Positions 46,660-56,354 of a DNA stretch of 64,000 nucleotides are shown piece after piece. The stretch spans positions 65,800-129,799 of the forward strand of contig CAZZHR010000002.1 in the NCBI GenBank assembly GCA_964654205.1, read 5' to 3'. The notes under the pieces are model-generated. The model ran no database searches, was not told the DNA's origin, and saw nothing but the letters and a program-made list of their open reading frames with translations. The stretch comes from an uncultured Candidatus Saccharibacteria bacterium. Its GTDB lineage: Bacteria > Patescibacteriota > Minisyncoccia > Phycocordibacterales > UBA2100. Every line of letters begins with the position of its first letter. Positions within the stretch are counted from its first letter, which is position 1. Made by a program: the position numbers and the translations under genes.

Positions 46660-47793
46660 TCATCGTCGCGAGCGCTTGTGGTCAAGGAGTTGCGAAAAGA
46701 GTCTCGCCAGTGCGGCCGCGGAGTTTTCTATCGTACGGTCGCCGTAGCGCACCCTTGCTTCTCGGGCGAGGCGCGCCATAAGAGCATCATCAGAGAGTGC
46801 GCGAACAAGCGCGCGGGCAAGCCCCTCTACATCTCGAGGCTCCGCGAGAAGTCCTGTTTCTTCGTGCTTTATGACGTCCGGGATACCGCCCACGTTCGAC
46901 GCCACGATGGGTAGATCTGAAAAGAACGCTTCCGCAAGTACCATGCCTTGCCCTTCCCACACCGAAGGAAATACGAAGATGTCCGCACTTCTCATAAGGT
47001 CTGGTACATCTTTGCGGGCGCCTAGGAAGATGACTCTGTGCTCAATGCCGAGTTCTTTTGCCTCCTGTTTGAGCGAGGCTTCAAGCCCACCTATTCCCGC
47101 TATTGCAAAATATGTGTCTGGCTTATCTTTAAGAACCAGCGGCATCGCCCTTAAGAGGTACGTATGACCTTTTTGTTCTATGAGGCGCCCCACTGTGAGT
47201 ACGAAATGCGCACCCTCTGGTATTCCGATTTCGCGCCGTATCTTTACCCTATCTATCGGCGTAGTGAATTTCGAAAGGTCGACCGCGTTCATTGATATTT
47301 CGTGGATTTTCTTTTGGGGAAAACCAATCACATCACGTGCGTAGACAGATATTGCCTGTGTTTGCGAGAGACACGCATCTGTACATTTAGATAAAACCCA
47401 GTCAGTCCAGATGTATTTTTTGGGAAGTGACGGGATGAGGTTCTGTACGGCCGTCACGATAAGTCGCGTACGAGCAAGGAGGGCTGCCAACCTACCGAAG
47501 AGATCCGACATGAACAGTTGTGTGAAGACGACATCAAATTTCTCCCTACGTATGTACCGATATAGTCGAAAGAACCCGGGTACGTCCCAAAAACCCCTGA
47601 AACCGAAATCAATGTATACGACCGACGGTTTCAGCAGGTCTTTGAAGAAAGAGTACTTTTGCTCGGTGCGGAGTGTCGCGACGGTCACATCTACGTCCTT
47701 CTTTTCTAGTTCGTTCGCGAAGTTTACGACGAGCCGTTGTACACCACCGGGCGCGAGCTCATTCGTCAGCAGAAGCAGCTTGAACTTACTCAT
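46660..47793 (-). CDS. Glycosyltransferase family 4
   Basis: FVFPSVWEGQGMVLAEAFFSDLPIVASNVGGIPDVI (GT4 E-x7-E region). Confidence 0.75.
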   Translation of the reverse strand: MSKFKLLLLTNELAPGGVQRLVVNFANELEKKDVDVTVATLRTEQKYSFFKDLLKPSVVYIDFGFRGFWDVPGFFRLYRYIRREKFDVVFTQLFMSDLFGRLAALLARTRLIVTAVQNLIPSLPKKYIWTDWVLSKCTDACLSQTQAISVYARDVIGFPQKKIHEISMNAVDLSKFTTPIDRVKIRREIGIPEGAHFVLTVGRLIEQKGHTYLLRAMPLVLKDKPDTYFAIAGIGGLEASLKQEAKELGIEHRVIFLGARKDVPDLMRSADIFVFPSVWEGQGMVLAEAFFSDLPIVASNVGGIPDVIKHEETGLLAEPRDVEGLARALVRALSDDALMARLAREARVRYGDRTIENSAAALARLFSQLLDHKRSRR

Positions 47794-48419
47794 GAAGAAG
47801 TGCTCTTTACTGCCGCGACGAGGTATCCGAGCGGATAGCGATTGGTTGAGAATGTCTGCTTTTTGTCCAGACCCACGAGCACGTCATCGAGTACAGAACT
47901 CACCAGGCCATGTGCCTGCGCAAGAAGCGGAACCTTCGAAAGAACGTTATGCGCCACGTGGGACGCCGCCGTAAAGGGACCCTTTCCGATAGGCGTTACC
48001 TGCACGTTGTGGAACTCCGCATCCGCGAATATTTTCTTCAGGGTTTCATCAGTGTAGCGAAAGTAATCGTGCGGCGAGGGGTGTACTTGCATGATGAATG
48101 GCACCGCGAGCAGTATCTTCCCGCCGGGCTTGAGTATGCGGCGACACTCTGAAAGGAATTGCTCGTGATTGTAGATGTGCTCCATGATGTTCATGCATAT
48201 GACACCGTCGTACGACGCGTCTGGGAGCGGAAACTTTTCTTCCAGATCGAAAATGTGCTCCGCGCCCGTCTCCCGCGAGAGATTCACGACCTCCACCTTT
48301 TTCTCTCCGCGCAGAAGCGCGTGATAGCCCGAGCGACTATCGCCCCCGACGTCTAACACACGGCCAGTGAGCTCGTGCTTTTCGAGCTCTCTGTACAGTC
48401 GACGTCTCCAGGGACTCAT
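47790..48419 (-). CDS. Class I SAM-dependent methyltransferase
   Basis: VLDVGGDSRSGY (motif I), DGVICMNIMEHI and ILKPGGKILLAVP. Confidence 0.7.
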   Translation of the reverse strand: MSPWRRRLYRELEKHELTGRVLDVGGDSRSGYHALLRGEKKVEVVNLSRETGAEHIFDLEEKFPLPDASYDGVICMNIMEHIYNHEQFLSECRRILKPGGKILLAVPFIMQVHPSPHDYFRYTDETLKKIFADAEFHNVQVTPIGKGPFTAASHVAHNVLSKVPLLAQAHGLVSSVLDDVLVGLDKKQTFSTNRYPLGYLVAAVKSTSS

Positions 48420-49444
48420 ATATGCATTTCTCTTCTTAGCATCCCGACCAGTGTACCCAAACTATGATCACGCGCCACTTGCTCACGCAGTTCATTCGTG
48501 CCCGCCGAGCCAAGGAACTGCTCGATCCGATCCGACAGCTGATGAGCATCACCCGCTTTGAACCATAGCTTGTCTCCTGCGAATTGCCGATAATCCTCAC
48601 TGCATGCGATGCTTGTGCATCCACAGGCAACCGCTTCGAAGATGGTCTTGTCGAACATACCGCTCGCGCTCGCGTTGACGAATACCTCGTGCACGGAATA
48701 GATAGCTGGCGTTTCGCTGTTCTTCACGCCTGGATAGAATACTACGTTGTCGGAAAGGTTATTCTCGCGGACGAAACGCTTTTGGTCTTCGAGATACCCA
48801 GCACCTTTTGGCAGTGCGTCGCCGTACATCGAAGCCGTAAAATCAATTCCTCTGCTCTTCAAAATCTTGAACGCCTCGAGCATCACGTGGATATTTTTCG
48901 ATGGTGCAATGCGGCCGAGCGAAAGGATACTGCGCGGTTTACGCTCCATCCCAGGCACTGGCCTGAACATATCAGTGTCAATGCCGACAGGCATCAGTAC
49001 ATTCTTTCGATATTTCGCGACGTACGAGCTTTTCGACGTACAGAATGTTTTATGCGAGAGCGCTACGGCTATATCTGTGACAATCCCGGGCGCCCAGTGA
49101 TTGCGCCAGAGATACACGCGCTTGCCCATGAGCCGCCAGAAGATACCGCCGAGCACGACGTACTCCGGATTCATATGTACGAAGACCGCGTCGTACTCGC
49201 GTCGAAGCGTCCACGCGAGTCGATAAAACCGAAGTATATAAAGCAACCGGTTACCACCAGATTCTTTGCCGAGCGAGTACACCTGTACATTCGCCGGGAC
49301 ATCGTGTGCTCCGACACGCAGCCCCACCGCGTGAATGTGCGGGAACTTCGCCGCAAAAGCACGCAGCCACCCATGGAAAAACCCCAACACGGGGTCTTTC
49401 GTATCTATCGCCTGTGTAAACACGAGAAGCCTCGTCCCGTTCAT
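48416..49444 (-). CDS. Glycosyltransferase family 4
   Basis: GT-B C-terminal region VFVNASASGMFDKTIFEAVACGCTSIACSE. Genes overlap by 4 nt in an operon. Confidence 0.7.
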   Translation of the reverse strand: MNGTRLLVFTQAIDTKDPVLGFFHGWLRAFAAKFPHIHAVGLRVGAHDVPANVQVYSLGKESGGNRLLYILRFYRLAWTLRREYDAVFVHMNPEYVVLGGIFWRLMGKRVYLWRNHWAPGIVTDIAVALSHKTFCTSKSSYVAKYRKNVLMPVGIDTDMFRPVPGMERKPRSILSLGRIAPSKNIHVMLEAFKILKSRGIDFTASMYGDALPKGAGYLEDQKRFVRENNLSDNVVFYPGVKNSETPAIYSVHEVFVNASASGMFDKTIFEAVACGCTSIACSEDYRQFAGDKLWFKAGDAHQLSDRIEQFLGSAGTNELREQVARDHSLGTLVGMLRREMHI

Positions 49445-51441
49445 GATGTGTAGTGCGAATGTTCTCCGCCCTCCCTCGTCAACATTTCGAGCATGTTGGG
49501 GACGACAGAGGAGAGCGCGTGCTCGCGGCGCACGTAGGCACGCGCAAGAGCGCGCGCATGCTCGCGCTTCTCTTCCGAGAGCGCGAGCGCGGCCTTGATA
49601 GCTACGGCTACGCTCTCAGGCGTGACTTCCTCGAGGAACAGCCTCGGCTCGATGACCCGTTGCACCTCCTTTTCTGAGGTAATCACAAGACAGCCGGCCG
49701 CCATCGCCTCATAGAGCGTCTTTTTTGAGCCGTGCGCGGAACCCGCGTGAATGAAAATCTCATGCGATGCGTAGATGCCCGGCGTCTTCTCATGGAGCAC
49801 CGTCCCGCGATACGCGACTGCTCCGCTGCGTTCTGCGTCGGTGAACTGGGAGCGGAGCTTCGCCGCGTACGCTTCATCTCCCGGTCGCGGCTCCCCGTAG
49901 ACATCGAGCGAGAAGTTGTGGACGTTCTCGCGCACCTGCGCGGCGGCCGCGATGACCGACTCGAGTCGCTTCGATTGATGGATGCGGCCCATAAAAAGCA
50001 GCGACTCTTTCGGCGCAGAGCGTAATGCGGAATACATGTCCGTATCGATGCCCATCGGGACGTACCGCGCGTGTGCAAGCCGGGCGGCATACGAATCCTT
50101 GCTCGAATAGAAGACGATGTCGGCGAGCTGCATCGCCATGCGCGCCATCCATGTCGCGCGCGCGTCGTTGTGCCAGAAACCGACGCGCTTGCCGAGCAGC
50201 TTCCAGAGCCACCCGCCGACGACGGCAAACTCGGACGAGAGATGGACGAGTACCGCGTCGTACTCGCGGCGATGCTTCCACGCCACGGAAAGCAGGCGCG
50301 CCGAGTACACGAGTCGGCGGAAGAACCGCCCCACGGCCGACATCGATTCCTTGCCGAGACTGTGTTCAGTCACGTTGGGTGGGAGCCCCCTGTCGCCGTA
50401 GCCGAGGCAGACGACGTGCAGCCTGTGTGCGTGACGTGCAAACTCCCTAAGCCAGCCGTGGAAGTAGCCGAGGAGCGGGTCGGAGCGGTCTACCGATTCA
50501 GTGCAGACGAGCACTTTCACCTCGCCGCGCAGCGAGCTCAATTTCGGGAGCTCCATCCGTTCGAACGGCTCTTTGAGCACCGACTTTCCATACACGCCCT
50601 CAAGGAGGTCGAGGTCTTTGCCCGTGCCGCGGAGGAGTTCGATATTTTTACGCTCCATGGCTTCCAAGAGCGCCGTACCTGCTTCATTGCCAATCTTTGT
50701 GCTGTATTCGCCTCGGAGAGCCGCGACATCTTTGATAAAACAGTGGCCGCCCGCGCCGCGTCCGCTTTTGTGTATCGGGCGAGCGTAGCGATTGTTGACG
50801 AGAGGGTCCGCTTCGATGGCGCGCTGAATCATGTGCCAATTGCAGCCGTGGTGCGCCGCGAGGTCGTACATGAGGTTGAAAAAGAGTATTTGCGTGTAGC
50901 CGCTCCCGTTGTGCGAGTACTTGATGATCTCGGCTTCCGTGCTCGAGCATGTCTGCGCATATGGCGCAGTCGGAAGGACAGAGTGGATGAGCGCTGCGGC
51001 AGCCTTCTGCTTCGGCGTGTCTTCTGTGAGCCCTACGATGTTCATAAAAGGATGCGCCGCGTCGTGCGCCGCGGTCGCCTCGCTGAGAAATTCCGGCGAG
51101 TAGATGACTGTCTTGTCGGGGAACTCGGTCTGTAATACTTTTGCAGTGCCAGGCACGATGGTCGATTTTATGACTGCAACTTTGTTTTTTCCCACGAGCT
51201 CAATTGCGGATCGGACGATCGAGTAGTCGAATCCCGATGGCGTGGTCGGAGTCGGCACTGCGATAAAGACGAGGTCGCACTCAAGCACCTTGTCCCTATT
51301 TCGCACATAGGGCTCTTCGAGGGCATAGCGGACGCACGCATAGCCGCGGCGCTCGAAATCGTCGGCATAATTCTTGCCGATGAATCCCTGCCCTATGAAC
51401 CCGATGAGCGGCGTGTCTTTCATGGCGACGTATACTAGCAA
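49441..51441 (-). CDS. Fusion protein: N-terminal nucleotide-sugar dehydrogenase (UDP-glucose 6-dehydrogenase family) + C-terminal GT4 glycosyltransferase
   Basis: N-terminal GFIGQGFIGKNY Rossmann fold and GGHCFIKD catalytic-Cys motif. C-terminal FIHAGSAHGSKKTLYEAMAAGCLVITSE (GT4). One uninterrupted 666-aa ORF. Confidence 0.55.
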   Translation of the reverse strand: MLVYVAMKDTPLIGFIGQGFIGKNYADDFERRGYACVRYALEEPYVRNRDKVLECDLVFIAVPTPTTPSGFDYSIVRSAIELVGKNKVAVIKSTIVPGTAKVLQTEFPDKTVIYSPEFLSEATAAHDAAHPFMNIVGLTEDTPKQKAAAALIHSVLPTAPYAQTCSSTEAEIIKYSHNGSGYTQILFFNLMYDLAAHHGCNWHMIQRAIEADPLVNNRYARPIHKSGRGAGGHCFIKDVAALRGEYSTKIGNEAGTALLEAMERKNIELLRGTGKDLDLLEGVYGKSVLKEPFERMELPKLSSLRGEVKVLVCTESVDRSDPLLGYFHGWLREFARHAHRLHVVCLGYGDRGLPPNVTEHSLGKESMSAVGRFFRRLVYSARLLSVAWKHRREYDAVLVHLSSEFAVVGGWLWKLLGKRVGFWHNDARATWMARMAMQLADIVFYSSKDSYAARLAHARYVPMGIDTDMYSALRSAPKESLLFMGRIHQSKRLESVIAAAAQVRENVHNFSLDVYGEPRPGDEAYAAKLRSQFTDAERSGAVAYRGTVLHEKTPGIYASHEIFIHAGSAHGSKKTLYEAMAAGCLVITSEKEVQRVIEPRLFLEEVTPESVAVAIKAALALSEEKREHARALARAYVRREHALSSVVPNMLEMLTREGGEHSHYTS

Positions 51442-52515
51442 TTATCGCACCCCCGCGGAAGCTACATCAGCGCAGTACGCGGATACATAGTCTTCGAAGC
51501 TTTTGTAAGGATAATCGGCCAAGAACGCGTCATAAGGACCCTCGGCAAACCAGCGCTTGAGCGCATCTCTGTAATCCTTTTCTTCTGTGACGATTGCTCC
51601 CGCTTCTCTGGCGATACCCACGTCGGTCGATAGGACCGGCTTCCCGGCAGCGAGCGCCTCGATGATGACGAGGCCATACCCTTCGTAGCGCGACGTGACA
51701 AGCACGAGGTCGGCGAGCGCGTAGTATGGCGCACTGTCTGTCTCGCCCTCAAAAAAGACGCGCTCGGCCACTTTGAGTTCATGAGCGAGCTTGTCGAGGT
51801 ACGGCCGTTCGCTGCCACCACCCACGATGACGAGGCACGCATCCGTCGGTGCCGCAGCCGCGAACGCCCGGAGCGCGAGGCATGGATTCTTTTCCGCCTC
51901 AAAGCGACCTACATAGAGCAGGCGTTTCGAAAACCGGGCAAACTTTTGCACAAGCTCCGTATCGGGTCTCGCATTGCGTACACGATCAATATCGACAAAG
52001 ATGGGCAGCACCGTTATCGGACATGTGAGCTCGAATGTATCCTGCAGTGAGCGCTTAATGCGCTCGGAAACGACACGAACACGTGATGAGCGTTGCAATA
52101 CGATTCCCGCCATACGGACGCGCAATCTGTTGATCCAAGAATGATTCGCATACGCCGGAGAAAGAAAGTCTGTGTGGACTTGCACATGCAGCGGCTTGCC
52201 GACAAAACGTGATATCACGAGTGCCGTGAGCCCAGCCTCGAATGGATCCTGTGCGGATACGACATCCGGCCATGGCAACCGCGTCGCGAGGAGTAGCGCA
52301 TCTATGCTATACAGCAACTTCGAGAACGACCTCGTAGGATGCACATGAAGCGCCCCATCGCGGATTTCTGTGAACCCATCGTTTTCGAGCGAGAAACCAA
52401 TGATGTCGAGTGCGCCGAATTTCTCAGCGTACGCTTTCTGCCGCGCGTATGCGGGAGAGCCGGGCACCAGGATGCCCCGCTTTGACCTGTCGGCTCCGAT
52501 CTGCAAGACATGCAT
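51442..52515 (-). CDS. Glycosyltransferase family 4
   Basis: LVLVTSRYEGYGLVIIEALAAGKPVLSTDVGIAREAG. Confidence 0.7.
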   Translation of the reverse strand: MHVLQIGADRSKRGILVPGSPAYARQKAYAEKFGALDIIGFSLENDGFTEIRDGALHVHPTRSFSKLLYSIDALLLATRLPWPDVVSAQDPFEAGLTALVISRFVGKPLHVQVHTDFLSPAYANHSWINRLRVRMAGIVLQRSSRVRVVSERIKRSLQDTFELTCPITVLPIFVDIDRVRNARPDTELVQKFARFSKRLLYVGRFEAEKNPCLALRAFAAAAPTDACLVIVGGGSERPYLDKLAHELKVAERVFFEGETDSAPYYALADLVLVTSRYEGYGLVIIEALAAGKPVLSTDVGIAREAGAIVTEEKDYRDALKRWFAEGPYDAFLADYPYKSFEDYVSAYCADVASAGVR

Positions 52516-52529
52516 ACCTCTACAGAGTA

Positions 52530-53687
52530 TCAGCGTGCCGTGAGAATGTCCTCATACAATGTGATGAATGAATTCACCACGTTCGTAAGCTGGAACTGTT
52601 TAGACCTCTCATATGCAGACTTGGCCATTTTATTCCGCAGATCAAGGTTCACTAGAAGTTCCCGAATTTTCTCAGAGAATGCGTCTTCGTCACTCGGATC
52701 GACGAGGAAACCCGTAATCCCATCTTGCACCAATTCCGAGCAACCCCCCACATCGGTGGACACAATAGGAAGGCCGAAGTGCATGGCTTCGATGAAGACG
52801 TTGGGGAATCCCTCTTCGAGAGACGCAGACACGTAGAGCGCGGCGCCTTGAAACTGCGCATACACGTCTGCTGACGATAGGCGTCCTGTAAACGTGACCG
52901 GCACTCGGAGCCGCTTTGCTTCTGACTCGGATTCCTCGCGGATCCTGTCCTGGCCGTCACCGATGAGCACGAGATGTGCATGGGGGGTTTTCGCCTTGGC
53001 GAACGCACGGATTATCGTCGGTATTCTTTTGTGCGGAATGAACCGATTCGCTGACACGACGACAGGCTTGCTATCGTGAGTGAATGTCTTGTACCCGCCG
53101 CCCTCGATGTCGAGCGCATTTGGAATGATTCGGATACTCGCATCCTCGCCTGCTATCGCGCGAATGTTCTTCGCACGGAACTGTGAGGGTGCCCACACCA
53201 CAGAAAAAAGCAGAAGGCCGTGGCGTTCTATCCAAGTCAGGAACCTCGAAAAAACCGAGAAAGAGTAGGTGCCGCCGAAGTCACGGCTTTTTACGTCACT
53301 CGTTGCGTATGTTTCCCACACCCAGTCGCCTGCGAACTTTATGATACTGGGCATGCCTGCGATTTTCGCAAAAAGGCCTGCCACGAATGACAGTGCGCTC
53401 ACGCTGTGCGCATGTAGGATGTCCGGTCGCTCACGCACGATGACCCATGCCAGACATGCAGAACCGACGAGCCAGCGGATGGGCTTATCGAGCGGCGTGC
53501 GAGTGTAGCGCCAACGGTATCGGTACACCGTGTATCCGTCTGGATTCGACAACTCAAAGCGATCCCCTACAGTGACAACAACGGGTGTTACGCCCCTATC
53601 ATTGAGTACACGGCAAAGGTGCCACGACTGCGTTGCGGGCCCTCCTATCATGGGTGGGAAAATGGGCGCGTACATCAAGACTTTCAT
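52530..53687 (-). CDS. Glycosyltransferase family 4
   Basis: LYVSASLEEGFPNVFIEAMHFGLPIVSTDVGGCSELV. Confidence 0.7.
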   Translation of the reverse strand: MKVLMYAPIFPPMIGGPATQSWHLCRVLNDRGVTPVVVTVGDRFELSNPDGYTVYRYRWRYTRTPLDKPIRWLVGSACLAWVIVRERPDILHAHSVSALSFVAGLFAKIAGMPSIIKFAGDWVWETYATSDVKSRDFGGTYSFSVFSRFLTWIERHGLLLFSVVWAPSQFRAKNIRAIAGEDASIRIIPNALDIEGGGYKTFTHDSKPVVVSANRFIPHKRIPTIIRAFAKAKTPHAHLVLIGDGQDRIREESESEAKRLRVPVTFTGRLSSADVYAQFQGAALYVSASLEEGFPNVFIEAMHFGLPIVSTDVGGCSELVQDGITGFLVDPSDEDAFSEKIRELLVNLDLRNKMAKSAYERSKQFQLTNVVNSFITLYEDILTAR

Positions 53688-53762
53688 ATCTCGATACTAT
53701 ACATGCCTCCTCGCCCGCTCATTGTCCCATTCGTCCGACTGTCACCAGCGACCCGAGCTACG

Positions 53763-54818
53763 CTAGCCACGTTTGGTGGCAAATTTTACCTTTTTGAAGT
53801 ACGCCTGCTGAAGGTCGAGTTGCATCTTCTCAAAGGTGCCCGGCGGCAAAGCTTTAGTCGCAGCAATAATACGACGGATACCCTCCTCCAAGGAGACCTC
53901 TGGCGTGAATCCGAGTACTTTCTTTACTTTCTTCATATCTGCAAGCAGTCGGTACGCATAGATCTGAATAGGGACATTTACACGCACGGGCTTCGGAGTC
54001 TTGACTCCGAGCTGCTTAGCAATGATAGCAAGTACGTCATTGAACGTGTGCTCAATGCCGAAGCCAAGGTTCAGTTCGCAGGTCGGGATATTCTTTTCCA
54101 TCGCCATAATGAAAGCGCGGGCTACGTCGTCGACATAGATGAAATCACGCGTCTGCTTGCCGTCGCCCCATATGACCGGCTTCTGTCCGCCCATGAGCGC
54201 CCACGTAAGGAGCGACGTGATGTTGGCATACCCCAGCTTCGTATGCTCTCCGACTCCGTAGACGGAGAATGGTCGGAAGGCGATGCATTTGAAACCCCAC
54301 CTGTTGCTATAGCGCCTTGCTTCAAGTTCGCACCAATGTTTCGAGCCTGCTTTACTGTCGGGCGGATCGATGGGCATGTCCTCGCGAAATGGCACGCGCG
54401 GCGGCTTGTTCCATTCCTCATAGACGGCGGACGTGGATGCCCATACTATCTTTCTTTTCCCATGCTTGCGCATCGCCTCAAGGATTGTCTTGAACCCGCG
54501 CATCGTAAAGTCGCAGGACTCTACGTCGTTCTCTTCGTACATGATGAACGACGACGGCGCAGCGAGATGGATGATATGGTCTGCTTTTGAGACCAAGTCC
54601 GAAACGAGCTTGTAGTCACGGACGTCGCCCTCTTTCCAGGCTATGTGCGGGGAATTGAGTATTTGGTCGCGATTCGAGAACCGGAAATTATCGAGCGCCG
54701 TGACCCGGTATCCCTTTTCGATAAGTTGCCTCACGAGAGAGCGCCCGATAAAACCTGCTGCGCCTGTCACGAATACGTTTTCACGCAGACCAGACTTTTT
54801 TCGAAACTGTTTTTTCAT
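53763..54818 (-). CDS. NAD-dependent epimerase/dehydratase (SDR)
   Basis: VFVTGAAGFIGRSLV and catalytic YxxxK region DSKAGSKHWCE. Start probably at MKKQF. Confidence 0.7.
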   Translation of the reverse strand: MKKQFRKKSGLRENVFVTGAAGFIGRSLVRQLIEKGYRVTALDNFRFSNRDQILNSPHIAWKEGDVRDYKLVSDLVSKADHIIHLAAPSSFIMYEENDVESCDFTMRGFKTILEAMRKHGKRKIVWASTSAVYEEWNKPPRVPFREDMPIDPPDSKAGSKHWCELEARRYSNRWGFKCIAFRPFSVYGVGEHTKLGYANITSLLTWALMGGQKPVIWGDGKQTRDFIYVDDVARAFIMAMEKNIPTCELNLGFGIEHTFNDVLAIIAKQLGVKTPKPVRVNVPIQIYAYRLLADMKKVKKVLGFTPEVSLEEGIRRIIAATKALPPGTFEKMQLDLQQAYFKKVKFATKRG

Positions 54819-54854
54819 ATGGCGAGGATAGTACCATGGCGGCACTCAAAGTAA

Positions 54855-54876
54855 AACGGGGCGCGAGGGCGCCCCG
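54855..54876 (-). terminator. Terminator hairpin cggggcgc-gag-ggcgccccg with a T-rich tail on the minus strand
   Basis: On the minus strand the stem is followed by TTTTACTTTGAG. Lies downstream of the small ORF at 54902..55072. Confidence 0.5.
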
Positions 54877-54901
54877 TTCCAATCTTGGGCAGGCGGGAAC
54901 G

Positions 54902-55072
54902 CTACCGCGTTGGCGGACCCGCGAGAAGATAGGGACTCCTCAGAATGAGCTCGGTGATGATGAGAGACGACTGAATCCAGGCGATGGCAATGGTAGCCGG
55001 CGCAAGCGTCAGCATTGCGTACTCCTTCATTCCGAACTCGTTTCCTTGGAGAGGAGAGACAAATGGGAACAT
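54902..55072 (-). CDS. Small hydrophobic protein (56 aa, MFPFVSPLQGNEFGMKEYAMLTLAPATIAIAWIQSSLIITELIL...)
   Basis: Consensus RBS AAGGAGG 8 nt upstream of the ATG. Sits between the GT4 stop and a terminator hairpin. Confidence 0.35.
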   Translation of the reverse strand: MFPFVSPLQGNEFGMKEYAMLTLAPATIAIAWIQSSLIITELILRSPYLLAGPPTR

Positions 55073-55130
55073 TACAGCTCCCTCCTTTCCTACCCAATCA
55101 AACACCCATATCGGTGTTCTCACCAGCGAG

Positions 55131-56354
55131 TTATCCCCTGTTCGTCAGTGGGTCGAAAACCTCCCTTTTCATGCGCTCTGCTATCAGACCCCAGTCGTAC
55201 CGCTCCGCCGCAAGCTCCCTGGCGTTCTTTACGATGCGTGCGGTGAGCGACGGCTCACCCATGTAGCGCCGCACAGCTTTAGCGACTGATTCCGGATTGC
55301 TGACTTCGCAGAAGATGCCTGTCGGTTCCATGTCGGGATTTCTCTCCGGGTCGAAAAGAAAATCTGGTATGCCGCCGACCGGAGTCGCCACCACGGGAAT
55401 GCCCGCAGCGAACGCTTCAACAAACGCATTGCCAAAACCCTCGATAAGCGATGGTCGCACAAAAATGTCGCACATTTTGTAGTACGCCGGCAATTCGTCG
55501 TGACCGATGTGCCCCGCAAAAATTACGCGCCCCCGCACGCCAGATTCCTGCGCTATGCGCTCGAGCTTGGCTTCGTCTTCTCCAGAGCCGGCAATGAGCA
55601 GCTTTACATTCTCGGGCAGGTGCGCGAGCGAGCGAATCGTGTCCTCGACACCGCGCGAGAGTACGAGGCGCGATGCGGTGAAGAGGAATACGTCACCCAT
55701 TTTTTTGTCGTACTTTTCCTTCAACGTGAGGAGTTCATCTTCCGGTATCACACGAGAAAACTTCGCCACGTCGACTGCGTTGGGAATCACTGCTACGTGC
55801 CCCTTGTACCCTATGTTCCGCACCTCCCGCTCCAGAAAATGCGATATAACCTTGATGCGGTCGGCTCTATGGTAGACACGTTTGTACAGCCACCACAGCA
55901 CATAGAGAATCGGTCGACGCTTCGGCATGTCGCTAAACGCTCGGCCGTCCTGTAGCTCAAGCACATACGGCGTCTTGGGGTGCAGATAATTGAAGATCAT
56001 GCCCGCGAAACCCGCCTGGTTCGCCATCATCGACCAGACCGTGTCGTACACATACTTCTGGTCGAGCATCATCGCTTTCACAAATGCCGTAAAAGGGAAC
56101 AGTAGCTTGGCGAACTTGAGAGTAAGCGGCATCATGCGATCCGACACCTTTGGATTTGCAGCAGACGGGCCGATGCGGTGAATCGTTATGTTGCCCCGCC
56201 TCTCGACTTTCGGCAGGGCTCTGTCGAAGCGGAGCGTCACCATGTGAAATTCATACTCGCTGGAATCAATGCGGTCGGTAATTTCTTTTATCGCCACCTC
56301 CGCGCCGCCAACGAAGGGATGGTAAGTGAGCGAGATAATCAGAACGCGTCTCAT
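55131..56354 (-). CDS. Glycosyltransferase family 4
   Basis: IFVRPSLIEGFGNAFVEAFAAGIPVVATPVGGIPDFLFDP. Confidence 0.75.
   Translation of the reverse strand: MRRVLIISLTYHPFVGGAEVAIKEITDRIDSSEYEFHMVTLRFDRALPKVERRGNITIHRIGPSAANPKVSDRMMPLTLKFAKLLFPFTAFVKAMMLDQKYVYDTVWSMMANQAGFAGMIFNYLHPKTPYVLELQDGRAFSDMPKRRPILYVLWWLYKRVYHRADRIKVISHFLEREVRNIGYKGHVAVIPNAVDVAKFSRVIPEDELLTLKEKYDKKMGDVFLFTASRLVLSRGVEDTIRSLAHLPENVKLLIAGSGEDEAKLERIAQESGVRGRVIFAGHIGHDELPAYYKMCDIFVRPSLIEGFGNAFVEAFAAGIPVVATPVGGIPDFLFDPERNPDMEPTGIFCEVSNPESVAKAVRRYMGEPSLTARIVKNARELAAERYDWGLIAERMKREVFDPLTNRG

Noticed and set aside
48584-51135. Plus-strand ORFs of 289 and 354 aa
   Set aside because: Antisense to GT4 and dehydrogenase-GT4 genes with clear motifs.
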